A stretch of DNA of 64,000 nt, taken from NCBI RefSeq assembly GCF_009834535.1, contig NC_045697.1, positions 51,648,001 through 51,712,000 of the forward strand, given 5' to 3'. Below the pieces are notes generated by a model. The model was not told the origin of the DNA, searched no databases, and saw nothing but the letters and a program-made list of their open reading frames with translations. A program made the translations under genes and the position numbers. This document shows positions 12,709 through 24,976 of this stretch, in pieces. The number at the start of each line of letters is the position of its first letter. Positions within the stretch are counted from its first letter, which is position 1. Source of the DNA: Camelus ferus (lineage: Eukaryota).

Positions 12709-13274
12709 TTTTGAAGTACACTCAATTAAAATGTGTTTATCTCTTGTGTACAGCACAATGTCCCAGTCATACATACACATACATATATTCGTTTTCAGTT
12801 TTTTTTTCCATAAAAACTTATTACAAGTTATTGAACATAGTTCCTTGTGCTATGGAAAAGAAACTCTAAAATCTATTTTTATATATAGTGGCTAACATCT
12901 GTAAATCTCAAACTCTCAAATTTATCCCCTCCCACCCCATTTCCCTGGTAACCATAAGATTGTTTATTAAGTCTGCAAGTCTCTTTCTGTTTTGTAGATC
13001 AGTTCATAGTGTCCCCCCTTTTTTTTTAGATACCACATATGAGTGATATCATATGGTATTTTTTTGTCTGGCTTACTTCACTTAGAATGACAATCCATCC
13101 ATGTTGCTGCAAATGGTATTATTTTATTATTTTTATGGCAGAATAGTATTCCCTTGTATAAATATAATACAGCTTTTTCATCCAGTCTTCTGTCGATGGG
13201 CATTTATGTTGCTTCTATGTCTTGATTATTGTATATAGTGTTGCTATGAATATTGGGGTGAACGTATCTTTTCG
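12709..13274 (-). mobile_element. 5'-truncated LINE-1 3' end
   Basis: Antisense L1 3' UTR/ORF2 end. Degenerate TSD AGATAAGGTAAGTTTT (12693-12708) / AGATAAGGAAACTTTT (13275-13290). Confidence 0.85.
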
Positions 13275-13719
13275 AGATAAGGAAACTTTTAATCAGCTGA
13301 ATAAAGTCTGAGTCTGAAGCTAAAATTGAACCAAGGCAAAATAAATGAAAAGAGAGATTAATCACATAAGTTTAAAGAAAATAAATTCTGTTATTTCTGA
13401 GAAACTTCATGAACAACAGAGAAGACAGTCCAGATAGTCAAGCAGGTTTAGAGGCTACACAGAAAATGAGAACAATGAAAATTTAACGTATTAAAACTTA
13501 CAGTAAAGGACCAAAGTTATTCTAGAAAATGATAGCCTACATGTTTCTATTATTAAATAAAAATGAATGAAAATAAATGATTTTAATACTTCAAAATATT
13601 TGAAAATGAGCAGTCAAATTTAAGGAAAGCAGGAGAAAGAAACTAATTAATACAAAAGATAAAATAAGGAATTACAAATTGAAAATCTATAAACAATCAT
13701 AAAAGCTAGGAACTGGAAC

Positions 13720-13875
13720 TTTTATTTGTTTTGGGGTTTTTTGGAGGGTGAGGGAGGTAATTAAGCTTATTTATTTATTTTTTTATTTGTTTATTTTAAT
13801 GGCAGTACTGAGGATGGAACCCAGGACCTTATTCATGCTAAGCATACACTCTACCACTGAGCTATACCCTCCACC
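13720..13875 (-). mobile_element. tRNA-derived SINE (camelid vic-1-like)
   Basis: The minus strand reads GGTGGAGGGTATAGCTCAGTGGTAGAG (A box)...GGTCCTGGGTTCCATCC (B-box-like), then an A-rich tail. Flanking repeat GGAACTGGA at 13709-13717 and 13877-13885. Confidence 0.85.
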
Positions 13876-14088
13876 TGGAACTGGACAGTTTAAAAACATT
13901 AAAAACATATACAACATGCTGGTAAATTTAAACAAAAATCCCAATAGAATTAGAATGTTAAAATTACGTATCTATAAAATTTTTTTAAATAAACTATTAT
14001 ATTACTTTATTAATAATGTTAAAAATCTTAATGATAAATATTTTGTAGAAAATATAAATTAATAAGATGGATTCTAAAATAATTAGAA

Positions 14089-15389
14089 GCTGGAACACTT
14101 CCTTACACCACACACAAAAATGAACTCAAAATGGATCAAAGACTTAAACATAAGACAAGATACAATAAACCTCCTAGAAGAAAATATAGGCAAAATATTA
14201 TCTCACATACATCTCAAAACTGTTCTCCTAAGGCAGTCTACCCAAGCAATAAAAATAAAAGCAAGAATAAACAAATGGGACCTAATTAAACTTACAAGCT
14301 TCTGCACAGTAAAGGAAATCATAAGTAAAACAAAACGACAACCTACGGAATGGGAGAAAATTTTTGCAAGTGACGAAACTGACAAAGGCTTGATCTCCAG
14401 AATATATAAACAGCTCATACGACATAATAAGAAAAAAACAAACAACCCAATCCAAAAATGGGCAAAATGGGCAATTCTCCAAGGAAGAAATACAAAAGAC
14501 CAATAGGCACATGAAAAAATGCTCAATGTCACTAATTATCAGAGAAATGCAAATCAAAACTATGATGAGGTATCACCTCACACCAGCCAGAATGGCCATC
14601 ATTCAAAAGTCCACAAATGACAAATGCTGGAGAGGCCGTAGAGAAAAGGGAACCCTCCTACACTGCTGGTGGGAATGCAGTTTGATGCAGCCACTGTGGA
14701 AAACAGTATGGAGATTCCTCAAAAGACTAGGAATAGACTTACCATATGACCCAGGAATCCTGCCCCTGGGCGTATATCCAGAAGGAAGCCTACTTCAAAA
14801 AGACACCTGCACCCCAATGTTCATAGCAGCACTATTTACAATGACCAAAACATGGAAACAGCCTAAATGTCCATTGACAGATGAGTGGATAAAGAAGAAG
14901 TGGTATATTTATACAGTGGAATACTATTCAGCCATAAAAACTGACAACACAACGCCATTTGCAGCAACATGGATGTCCCTGGAGAATGTCATTCTAAGTG
15001 AAGTAAGCCAGAAAGAGAAAGAAAAATACCATATGAGATCGCTCATATGTGGAATCTAAAAAACAAAACAAAACAAAACATAAATACAAAACAGAAACAG
15101 ACTCCTAGACATAGAATACAAACTTGTGGTTGCCAAGGGGGCAGGGGGTGGGCAGACTGGGATTTCAAAATTTGTAGATACTGACAGGCATATGCAGAAT
15201 AGATAAACAAGATTGTACTGTATAGCACAGGGAAATACACAAGATCTTGTGGTAGCTCATAGTGGAAAAAATGTGACAATGAATATATATATGTTCATGT
15301 ATAACTGAAAAATTGTGCTCTACACTGGAATTTGATACAACATTGTAAAATGACTATAACTCAATAAAAAATGTTATATAAAATAAAAT
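14089..15389 (+). mobile_element. Young 5'-truncated LINE-1 with nearly open ORF2 C-terminus
   Basis: ORFs 14120-14506 and 14511-15059 are L1 ORF2 C-terminal peptides ([18 protein letters not shown]...[11 protein letters not shown]). Has a 3' UTR and A tail. Perfect TSD AAAATAATTAGAA at 14076-14088 and 15390-15402. Confidence 0.96.
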
Positions 15390-15897
15390 AAAATAATTAG
15401 AAAACCTCAAAAGACCTGCAAGCAGAGAAGTAATTAAAAATTGTTTTTTTTTTTTAAAACACCTGTTAGTTTTACAGGTGAATTCTTATAAACTTTCAAA
15501 AAACCTATGAACAGAAGGGAAATTTTCTAAATCAGCTAATCTAAACCTACCAACAAAATCTTGCAAAGTGTAAAAAACTGCTATTGATTCACAATTATGA
15601 CAATGTAAACATTCTATAGGAATTAGCAAATTTATTACAACATGATTTTAGCATAATAACATAGCACGATTGAATAAGAACTATACCAGAAAGTGAAAAT
15701 GGTTTAGGGTTGGAAAATTTATCAAGCAGTGCATAGCAACCATAGGCCAAGGAAGAAAATCTACATAAATCTTTCTTGATCCTTAGGGTTGGGGAGAGGG
15801 CAAAAAATGATTTTTATTATCTTACATGTTACTCCTCCCAGAATGGTGAACCAATTGAGATGTAGACGAAGGACTCAAGCAGATGGATATTAAAATA

Positions 15898-16237
15898 TGG
15901 TGATCATTCAGTATCTACTGGGGATTGATTCCAGGACCCCCCTGTGGATGCCAAAATCTTCTGATGCCCAAGTCCCTTATATAAATGTGTAATATTTGCA
16001 TATAACCTATACACATTCTCCCCTATATTTTAAAAAATCTCTAGATTACTTGTAACACCTAATACAATGTAAATGTTATGTAAATATTTGTAAATACAAT
16101 ATAAATGCTATGTAAATAATTGCTGGTGTGAGGCAAATTCAAGTTTTGATTCTTGGAACTTTCTGGAATTAAAAAAAATTTTTTTGATCTGCAGTTGATT
16201 GAATCTGCAAATGCAGAACTTGAGGGAGCGCCAGTTG
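15898..16237 (+). mobile_element. MER2-like (Tigger/TcMar) MITE
   Basis: GGGGATTGATTCCAGGACCCCC...CAAGTCCCTTATATAAA...TCTCTAGATTACTT...CAGTTGATTGAATCTGC, flanked by TA dinucleotides at 15896-15897 and 16238-16239. Confidence 0.8.
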
Positions 16238-16572
16238 TATCAGCTTTACCATTGTATAAGCTATAACCATTTAAAAATATAATGAAAATAAAAGATCTCA
16301 TTCACAATGGCAACAAAATTATAAACTAGCCATAGATAAATTTAAGAACTAATGATCACTGGTAATAAGAAAAGTTATGAAAATTCACTGAAGGTCCTAG
16401 AAAAGACCTAAATGGAAAGGTATATCATATGCAGGGAAGGAAGAGAGGATTTAATTTTATAAAGATATAGTTCTCCAAAAAGTAAGTTACGACTCTAATT
16501 CCAGTGTGATTCTTCACCTTTCCCTCTGGTTGCCCTCCTTTTCTTACTTCTTTCTTTCTCTCTTACTCTTTT

Positions 16573-17484
16573 TTTTTTTTTAACATTTTTTATTGATTTA
16601 TAATCGTTTTACAATGTTGTGTCAAATTCCAGTGTTCAGCACAATTTTTCAGTCATTCATGGACATATACACACTCATTGTCACATTTTTTTCTCTGTGA
16701 GTTACCATAACATTTTGTGTATGTTTCCCTGTGCTATACAGTGTAATCTTGTTTATCTATTCTACAATTTTGAAATCCCAGTCTATCCCTTCCCACCCTC
16801 CACCCCCCTGGTAACCACAAGTCTGTATTCTCTATCTGTGAGTCTATTTCTGTCCTGTATTTACGCTTTGTTTTTGTTTGTTTGTTTGTTTTTGTTTTTT
16901 AGATTCCACATATGAGCGATCTCATATGGTATTTTTCTTTCTCTTTCTGGCTTACTTCACTTAGAATGACATTCTCCAGGAGCATCCATGTTGCTGCAAA
17001 TGGCATTATGTTGTCAGTTTTTATGGCTGAGTAGTATTCCATTGTATAAATATACCACAACTTCTTTATCCAGTCACCTGTTGATGGACATTTAGGCTGT
17101 TTCCATGTTTTGGTCATTGTAAATAGTGCTGCTATGAACATTGGGGTGCAGGCTGTCATCCTGAAGTAGAGTTCCTTCTGGATACAAGCCCAGGAGTGGG
17201 ATTCCTGGGTCATATGGTAAGTCTGTTCCTAGTCTTTTGAGGAATCTCCACACTGTTTTCCATGGTGGCTGCACCAAACTGCATTCCCACCAGCAGTGTA
17301 GGAGGGTTCCCCTTTCTCCACAGCCTCTCCAGCATTTGTCATTTGTGGATTTTTGAATGATGGCCATTCTGACTGGTGTGAGGTATTACCTCATTGTAGT
17401 TTTGATTTGCATTTCTCTGATAATTAGTGATATTGAGCATTTTTTCATGTGCTTTTTGATCATTTTTATGTCTTCCTTGGAGAA
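16573..17484 (-). mobile_element. Young 5'-truncated LINE-1
   Basis: Minus ORFs 16899-17213 and 17092-17367 are the ORF2 C-terminus. Perfect 17-bp TSD TTCTCTCTTACTCTTTT at 16556-16572 and 17485-17501. Confidence 0.96.
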
Positions 17485-17731
17485 TTCTCTCTTACTCTTT
17501 TGATTGCTTGCTTCTTTTTACAATGTGTGAATAACTAATTTTTAGCAATAATTAATAATAATAATAATATAACCCTGAGGATTATTTTAAGATATTATAA
17601 TGCTATAATAATTAAAACAAAATTGCTAGATTTTATGTGTGTATATATATATACATGAAAATACGCTGTTATTGTGTTATATATATGATGTTACATTGTC
17701 ATTATGTTACTATGATCTATAAGTACTTTTT

Positions 17732-18718
17732 GGGTTCCTGTACCCAATTCCATAGTGTGTGGAGGCTTTCCCATGTCAACAAGCAATTCTCAGATGAGAA
17801 TTCAACTCAGTTCTACCCAGAAATAGTATCAGATTCTACAGGTAAAGGGCTCATTCCCACAAGACTGCTTCTACTTCAGACACCAGTTGCAAGCCAAGGT
17901 TGTTAACTGCTTCTGACCGACCAGATTCAGACTGAAGGTTCTAACGATGCCCTCGAAAGCAGGATGCCAATCACAAGTCCAGATTGTTACCTGTACTTCT
18001 GACCACCTGGTTATAAATTAGAGGTTCCCGTGACCCCATTCTTGGGTTTGAATAATCAGCTAGAATGGTTCACAGAACTCAGGAAACCTGTTGACTTACT
18101 AGATTACCAATTTATTATAAAAGATATTAAAGGATACAAATCAACAGCCAGAGGGAGAGATTCACAGGGCAAGGTCTCAAACGAAAGGGCTTCCATTTTC
18201 ATGGAGCTTGGGGTCTAACACTATAGCACATGAAAGTGTTCTGATTCCCTAACTTCCCTCCAAACCCCCTCCTTTGTGGTTTTATGGAGACCTCATTACT
18301 TAAGCATGATTGATTATATCACTGGCCAATATGATTGATTGGCCAATCAATCTAGCCCCTCTCCCCTCTTTAGAAATCAGAACCCAACTCTCTGTTCATG
18401 TTTGATTCTCTGGCCACCATCCCCTTCCTTAGGTGCTTTCCAAAAGTCACCTCCATTAACATAAACCCTGTTGTGGGGGAAAGGGGCTTGTTGAGAATAA
18501 TATAACACGTGTTTCACCTTAGTGGCTCTGAAGCACTTTCAGGAACTGAGGGAAGAGACCAAATACAACAACAAAAGATGTTCCATTGCTCAGGAAATTC
18601 CAAGGGATTTGAGAGCTGTGAGTCAGGAACTGTGGATGAAGGCTGAATATATATGAGAAATTATTTTGATCATGCAAGTGATCATATATATATATTTCTT
18701 GTAAATCACAATATTGCA
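17732..18718 (-). mobile_element. MER21-like solo LTR, copy 1
   Basis: The minus strand begins TGCAATATTGTGATTTACAAGAAATATATAT...CCACAGTTCCTGACTCACAGCTCTCAAATCCCTTGGAATTTCCTGAG, and is collinear with 24137-24976 in reverse. Confidence 0.8.
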
Positions 18719-21700
18719 AATATAAATAATCTGGATATTTAATTTCAATTATGGTGGCATTGCAATATCTCAGGATATATAAATATGATGTTAATATGAT
18801 ACTATGGGTGTGTGTACAGATACATATATACATACTATGCTGCATATATAAATATATGAAAGAAACAATATAACACAAATATGGCACAGTAAAATGGATA
18901 AATGAATTGAATTTAAAGTCAAGTCAACTTCATTTCGAGATTCTTCCTCACCTGAAGGTGAGAGTTAGAATGGAAACAATTAATGACTGACAGGGTAGTG
19001 GGTAGGGTTACCAACTAGTCCAGAAAAGACTGGGAAAAAGTGAGTTTGTTTTAGATAAAATCTTAAAGTTCTCACAGTTTTTCTGAGAACTTTATTTACT
19101 GAAATAAATAGATGCTGGGAACCCAGATATCTTTGTCAAAACCAAGTTAAGAAGCCTCTGGTTTGCATGTTTATAAGGTTTTTGTTTTACTTTGTTTTGT
19201 TTTCCCCAGGCTTATTGAATGTAAAGGAGTTATATTCTCAGAGCATTTGTTACAGTATCAATGTGGAATGTTTTACTTACATTAATGCAATAGCTTTTCA
19301 GAAAACTTCCTAAGATGGCTCATTATTCATGCATGACTTTTTTTGGAATACTGGGTTTTCTCTGGTTAAAGTAGGATTTCAGTTTTGAAGTCATTGACTT
19401 ATGGGAAAATATTTGGCAGTAGATGCATATGTGATGCAACAAATTAAATGTATGATGTTTTTAAAGATCAAACTATGGTACTTGACGAAGAGGAGCTTAG
19501 AGTATGTTACCAAATTGGGCCTAGATGGAATATTCTATGAAAAGCATTTTTATGAAGTGTTAAGTGGACTTTTCATGTTTAAATGTTGATTATCTGCCAG
19601 TGATATTTTCAGCTTGTCATTGCTTATAGGAAATGGAGTTTTGTGTATGTACTTCTTAGCTTCATGTACACAACATTATAACACAAACTTAAGCAGAGAG
19701 TCTCTTGGTAGTCTGTGTAACAACAGCTTACAGTGAAAGTCATTTAACTCCCTGTTATGGAGGTTCTTTTCTTCCTGAAAAAGAACTGTTTTGTACCTGG
19801 GTTTCTGATCTAGAATTGACTCTTTCCACCAACTGGAATTTTGTGTCCTTCCCTCTGCCACAACAGGATGAAGAGGCTGCAGGCTAAAATGCACCAGGGC
19901 TAAGTAACGAGACATTCCTCTCAGAATAAAAACAGTAGACTACTGGCATTTTTAAAGTCGATAAGAAGGAGAAAACCACTGGGATTCTAGAGAAATTAGT
20001 TGGTAATAATTTTAAAGATAGCTGTGAATATTTCCAATTGCAAAGCATTACATCTTTCAGCAAAGAGACTCTTGATAGAGAAAAACAACTGGTCACTTTG
20101 AACAAGGAACAGAATCAGCTTGATCCACACAAATAATCAGCCAAACTTGAAAAATGCAGGGAGGTAAATCCAGATCCAATTAAATGTATGGCAGCAATCT
20201 CTTAGCCACTCCAAAGATTCTAACCAACTCCTTAGCACAAAGCAAGTGCAGTTTATATCAGAGTTATACTATATACCTTATATTTGTTTATACTTACATA
20301 ACCACGAGGTAAAATACATCTGAACTTCCCCGTTCTGTCCATGGTAGGCGTTTGATTTTTCTCAACAATTTTTCCCCCTAAATTTTGTATGTAGAGTCCC
20401 AACTTAGAGAACTCTCCTAAGCACTGTTATCAATATGGGGGGACACCACTTCTTTATTATAATCTCATGCCTAGAATGGACAAATTTTATTTTAGCAGGT
20501 ATGATTTTTGCAACAACTAAGGTATTCAAGCCGTGTTACTTTATTTTATTTAAATTTAGTTAAAACATCTTTAAATCCTCAGACATCTGAGCTGGCAAGA
20601 AATTCAATCTCAGTTACTTTGGGTCTCTCACTTCTGGAATGTTATAGCCACCAGCGCAGGTCACCTTTGAGATGCCCTGTGTCCCAGACTCTGTGGCTTG
20701 GTGAGAAGCACAGGTGCTTGAGTTTTAGCTTCCCAGGGCCCTGTGACAGCCTTGCCCTTCCAAGACCTTGCTGTCTCTGTGGACCCTGATTCTCCAGGCC
20801 TTCTGGGAACCTACAAATCTCAACATCTCTGTCTTTGTCTCTTTTACCAATCAAGAGAAGTCATCCACTTCTCTTCCTTTAAGCCTTGGAGGAACAAAAG
20901 CCCGAAAGAAAAGCTGTATGTGGGACATTTCTTTCTCTTTTTAGCCTTTCCTTGAAGCAAAGGGACATAGAAGTTGGTGTGTGAGGGGAGTGGGAGGGCG
21001 TATAGTAAAAAGAATAGTGACAGAACACAGCAAAACAATACGTGCATGCTGCTTCATACGTAGTTAACATCTGTTGTAGAATGCTCTTGTAGTGAAGCTT
21101 GTCTCTAGCTGCATATTAGTAATGAGAACACTTCATCTATTCTCACAGAGGATGAAAAAACAGCATTTTCTAGTGTGATCAAAGAGGTTGATGGGATATT
21201 TATTTATCCAGGAATAGATTTAATGAGACCCTATTATATGTCTGTAAGAGAAAAACAGGCATTATGAATCTAAGAAACATTCTATGTGGGCTTGAAACAT
21301 ATGCCGAATATCGGAATTACTTAAGACTTACTCTTACAAGTAATTCATCTAAGTCCCTCAAACTACAGTACCTAGAAGATGCCTTGAAGTTGGGCTTTCA
21401 GTAAGAGCATCAACTAAGTCCTTCAACTTCCTTTTCCTAAAGGTGAATAATCTCAGACAGTTCCTTGAATTCTAATACTTATTTTGGGTATAAAGTGCTA
21501 AAGAAGAGCAAATTGTAAGCACATCTCTATCCTCGGTGCATGGGCAGTTCAGATGTGTAGCACCTCAAAAAAAATGTCTGTCCTGAGTTCCTGTGGGCAC
21601 CAGACATTCCTGAGTGGGACTGTAGACTGTGGACTGTGATTTATTTTTTTTAAATTGATAATTATCCTTTCTGAAACTAGTTTTATTTAATGTGCTCACT

Positions 21701-21934
21701 GTGTAAGAAAACACAGGACTTTTTAGTAAAGGGACATTTAATTTTCTAATCAAAGCCACGGAGATGCTTTCCTGGGCTTATTTCTACCCAGTTCTGAATT
21801 ATATGTTGATTGTGTATAATGGATGTTTAGTAAGGAATAGGGGACAAAATTAGATGCTATTCTAAATAGCTCATGCCTGGTTTTAATGTCATGTGGCTTC
21901 TATTTTCCGTAATTATCTATGAATAGTATGTCCT

Positions 21935-22075
21935 CGGGTCTGGCAACTCAGTGTTTTCTGAAGATCAGCCATGTCACCATTACCCGGGAACTTGTTAGAA
22001 TTGCCCCAGCCCAGACGTACTGAATCAGAATTTGCATTTATTAAGTACATAAAAGTTTTAAGCAGCATGTTTCTC
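21935..22075 (+). mobile_element. MER5-like hAT fossil
   Basis: CACCATTACCCGGGAACTTGTTAGAA...CCCAGCCCAGACGTACTGAATCAGAATTTGCATTT is characteristic of MER5A. Confidence 0.65.
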
Positions 22076-24136
22076 GACACAATTTAGACTGAATTATTTG
22101 TAAAACTTTGGAAAAATATGGATGCCAAATTTCTATAGTAGATCTACTGAGTCAAAATCACTGGAGTTGCATGCAACATGCATTTTTTAAAAACCTCATG
22201 GGTCAACTTCTTATGTGCATCTAACATTTTCCCTAATAGTGGGATGAAAACTACATAGTAAATGGAGATGTTTTCAGCGTGAATTGTCATAAGCAAGTAT
22301 TTAGTTCAAATGGTGAAATTTTTTTTTTTTTAACTAAGGCAACTAATCTGAGGCTTAACTGAAGTTTATAGATTTGCATTACTTTTATGGTACAAATAAC
22401 TTGAATTTTTATAAAAATAAATTGGAGAATAAATATTTCTGATATTCTTCCCTAATATGTACAAAGCATTAAATATTATTAGAATATTTGATTATGTGTT
22501 TTTACATTGATGGCTAAAGTTCTTTCTGAAATGTTCATGTCTCTTTGCAGTGGAATGGCATAGGACTTCTACAGTAATTCTATAATTTCACATTTGAACT
22601 GTCTCTACTAAGCATTTATTATTGGAATTTGCCAAAATAGTGGTAGCTTCTGGGTTATTGCTTTGTTTAGTGTGACAGTAACAGAATAAAGACCCTAGAT
22701 GTAAATCTTAGTGGACTTTTTTTTTACCCTAAAATAAGTGGACTTTTGTAATATTGGTAACTAATTAAAACAGCAATAATTTCTAACTTGATAACATCTG
22801 ATTTATCATCTGGCTAAGAATCTATTCAGATAAAAACTTAAACCTGCCAGAGGAGAGTTCAGTTTTTGTTTTATTTTGTTTTGTGTTTTTCTTTCTAAAA
22901 AGCCAGATTCTAATACTGTGAGGTAGAACTGATTATTGATTCATAACTAATTTTTCATTTTCTTTGATGGGATGTTGTTTTCTGCCCATTTTCTCTGTGC
23001 AAACTATTCCTATTTCTAGTCTGGACCATTAATTGCTACTTTAATGAATGCATATTACACCCTGAGAACTAAAGAATTGATCTTATTGAAAAGTTTTATG
23101 AGGTAAAATTGGGGACGACTTTTGACAACTCAGTGGAATGCAAACTTTGTTTTTTCCCTTAAAAAAGACAAAACCCTTATAAACGTTAAACTGCCAATCA
23201 ATGGATAAATAATATGAGGGTTCATAAAATTAATAATAAAATATAAACCCTCTCTGTTACTTTGAACTGCAATGATGTGCAAAATATATTGTGCCTCACT
23301 ATATAGCAGAACTGTAGTTTTCTGTGTAATCATTGGATTGAATACCCAGAAGACATCTAACTCTCTTTCTCTGCTTTCAGGCAGCAGGGAAATTGTGGAG
23401 TATCTAATCTCAAAAATCTACAGTAAATTTTATTACAGAAATTGCTTTGTTAACTAACGATAACAATCCTTACTTAAGTGAAAAGATTCTCTCAAATGTA
23501 ATTTTAATATAGTTTTTCCCCATATAGACCCTTCTCATCATGTTTTGACTCTAGTGTAAATTCAGAACACTTAACTAAATTTCTGACTTGAAGGTAATCT
23601 ACACTCTCCTCCTGTAAGAGAATCCAGTTTATGAGCAGTAGCTGCTAATTTGCTAGATCTCCCTCTTCCTCAGTAAATCTTATTGAATCCCATTGAAAAT
23701 GATGAATCTTATTCTAACATTTTAAAATCGTAGTTAATTCACAGTCTTTTGTACCATGAGGTACCTCCCAAATGTTTTGTAGCATTGAATTGACAGTTAT
23801 TAAAAAAAAAAACACACAGTTCTGAAGTTAACAATTTGATATCACTTCAAAATACAAGCATTGGTATAATTAGTAGGAATCAGTTAACTATTTAACTCAA
23901 TTTATCATATATTTATTGAACAGTCTGCTACATGGAAAGTACTATGCCACATCTCTGGTTTTGAACCCTTGCCTTTCCATGAGAATACATTGACTATATT
24001 CAATAGTCCTAAATGCTGATCTGTTTTATCTCGAGTTCCACTATGTTAGCATTCCTTGAGCTACCAAGAGGAAAATCATGGCATAAATGCAAAATAATCT
24101 GATGATAATTGTCAAGCAACTATTAGGTTATGCCAT

Positions 24137-24899
24137 TGCCATATTGTGATTTATAGGGAACATATATATGTGCTCTTCTTATATATTTGGTCTTCATCCA
24201 CAGTTCTTGGCTCATAGCTCCCAAAACCCTTGGAATTTCCTGAGCAATAGGAGCAATGTGATAATATTTGGTCCCTTGTCCTCAGTTCCCTGGAGATTGA
24301 CCCAGTCACCAATGGCCAAGGATTTAATCAGTCATGCCTATGTAATGAAGCTTCCATAAAACCCCAAAAGGACAGGGTTTGGAAAAATTTTGAGTTGGTG
24401 AACACGTGGAGACTGGAGAAAGTGTGGGTATGATATGGTCTTGAAAGCTCCGTGCTCTTTGCCCAGGCTTTGCCCTAGGTATCTTTCCATTTGGCTGTTG
24501 ACCCATAACCTTTAATATCCTTTTATAATAAATAGGTAATCTAGTGAGTAAACAGAGTTTCCTCAGTTCTGTGAGCCATTCTAGGAAAGTATTCAAACCT
24601 AAGAAGTTGATGGGAACCTCTGATTTGTAGCAAGTTGGTCAGAAGTACAGGTAATAACCTGGACTTGTCATTGGCATCCTGAGTTGGAGGGGTTCATGGG
24701 AACCTTCAGTTTGTAGCTCTTCGGTTAGAAGCACAGGTAACAACCTGGGGTTGTGATTGGCGTCTGAAGTGGAGGGCAGTGTTATAGGTCTGAGTCTTTT
24801 AAATCTGATGCTATCCCTGGGGCGATAGTGTCAGAATTGAGATGAATTCTTGGACACCCTGCTGGTGTCCTAGAATGTCTTGTTGGTGTGGGAAAGTCT

Positions 24900-24957
<58 letters not shown>

Positions 24958-24976
24958 GAATTGGGCCCAGGAACCC
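24137..24976 (+). mobile_element. MER21-like solo LTR, copy 2, containing (CA)n
   Basis: Begins TGCCATATTGTGATTTATAGG. Shares long motifs with copy 1, including the end segment TGGAATTGGG...CAGGAACCC. Confidence 0.8.
24901..24955. repeat. (CA)n microsatellite
   Basis: About 27 CA units with one TA interruption. Confidence 0.98.

Noticed and set aside
13810..13875. Functional tRNA gene (also at about 42580-42651)
   Set aside because: These are SINE heads with A-rich tails and flanking TSDs, and the B box or acceptor stem is degenerate.
14120..15059. Domesticated L1-derived gene
   Set aside because: It is a 5'-truncated, frameshifted ORF2 C-terminus with TSD and A tail, and near-identical copies lie nearby.
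19190..19330. Acceptor-like TTTTGTTTTCCCCAG suggesting a hidden exon
   Set aside because: The frame I followed stops within about 25 codons, and there is no convincing donor or homology. A non-coding exon cannot be excluded.
17732..24976. Full-length provirus between two LTRs
   Set aside because: The LTRs are inverted rather than direct, and no retroviral ORFs lie between them.
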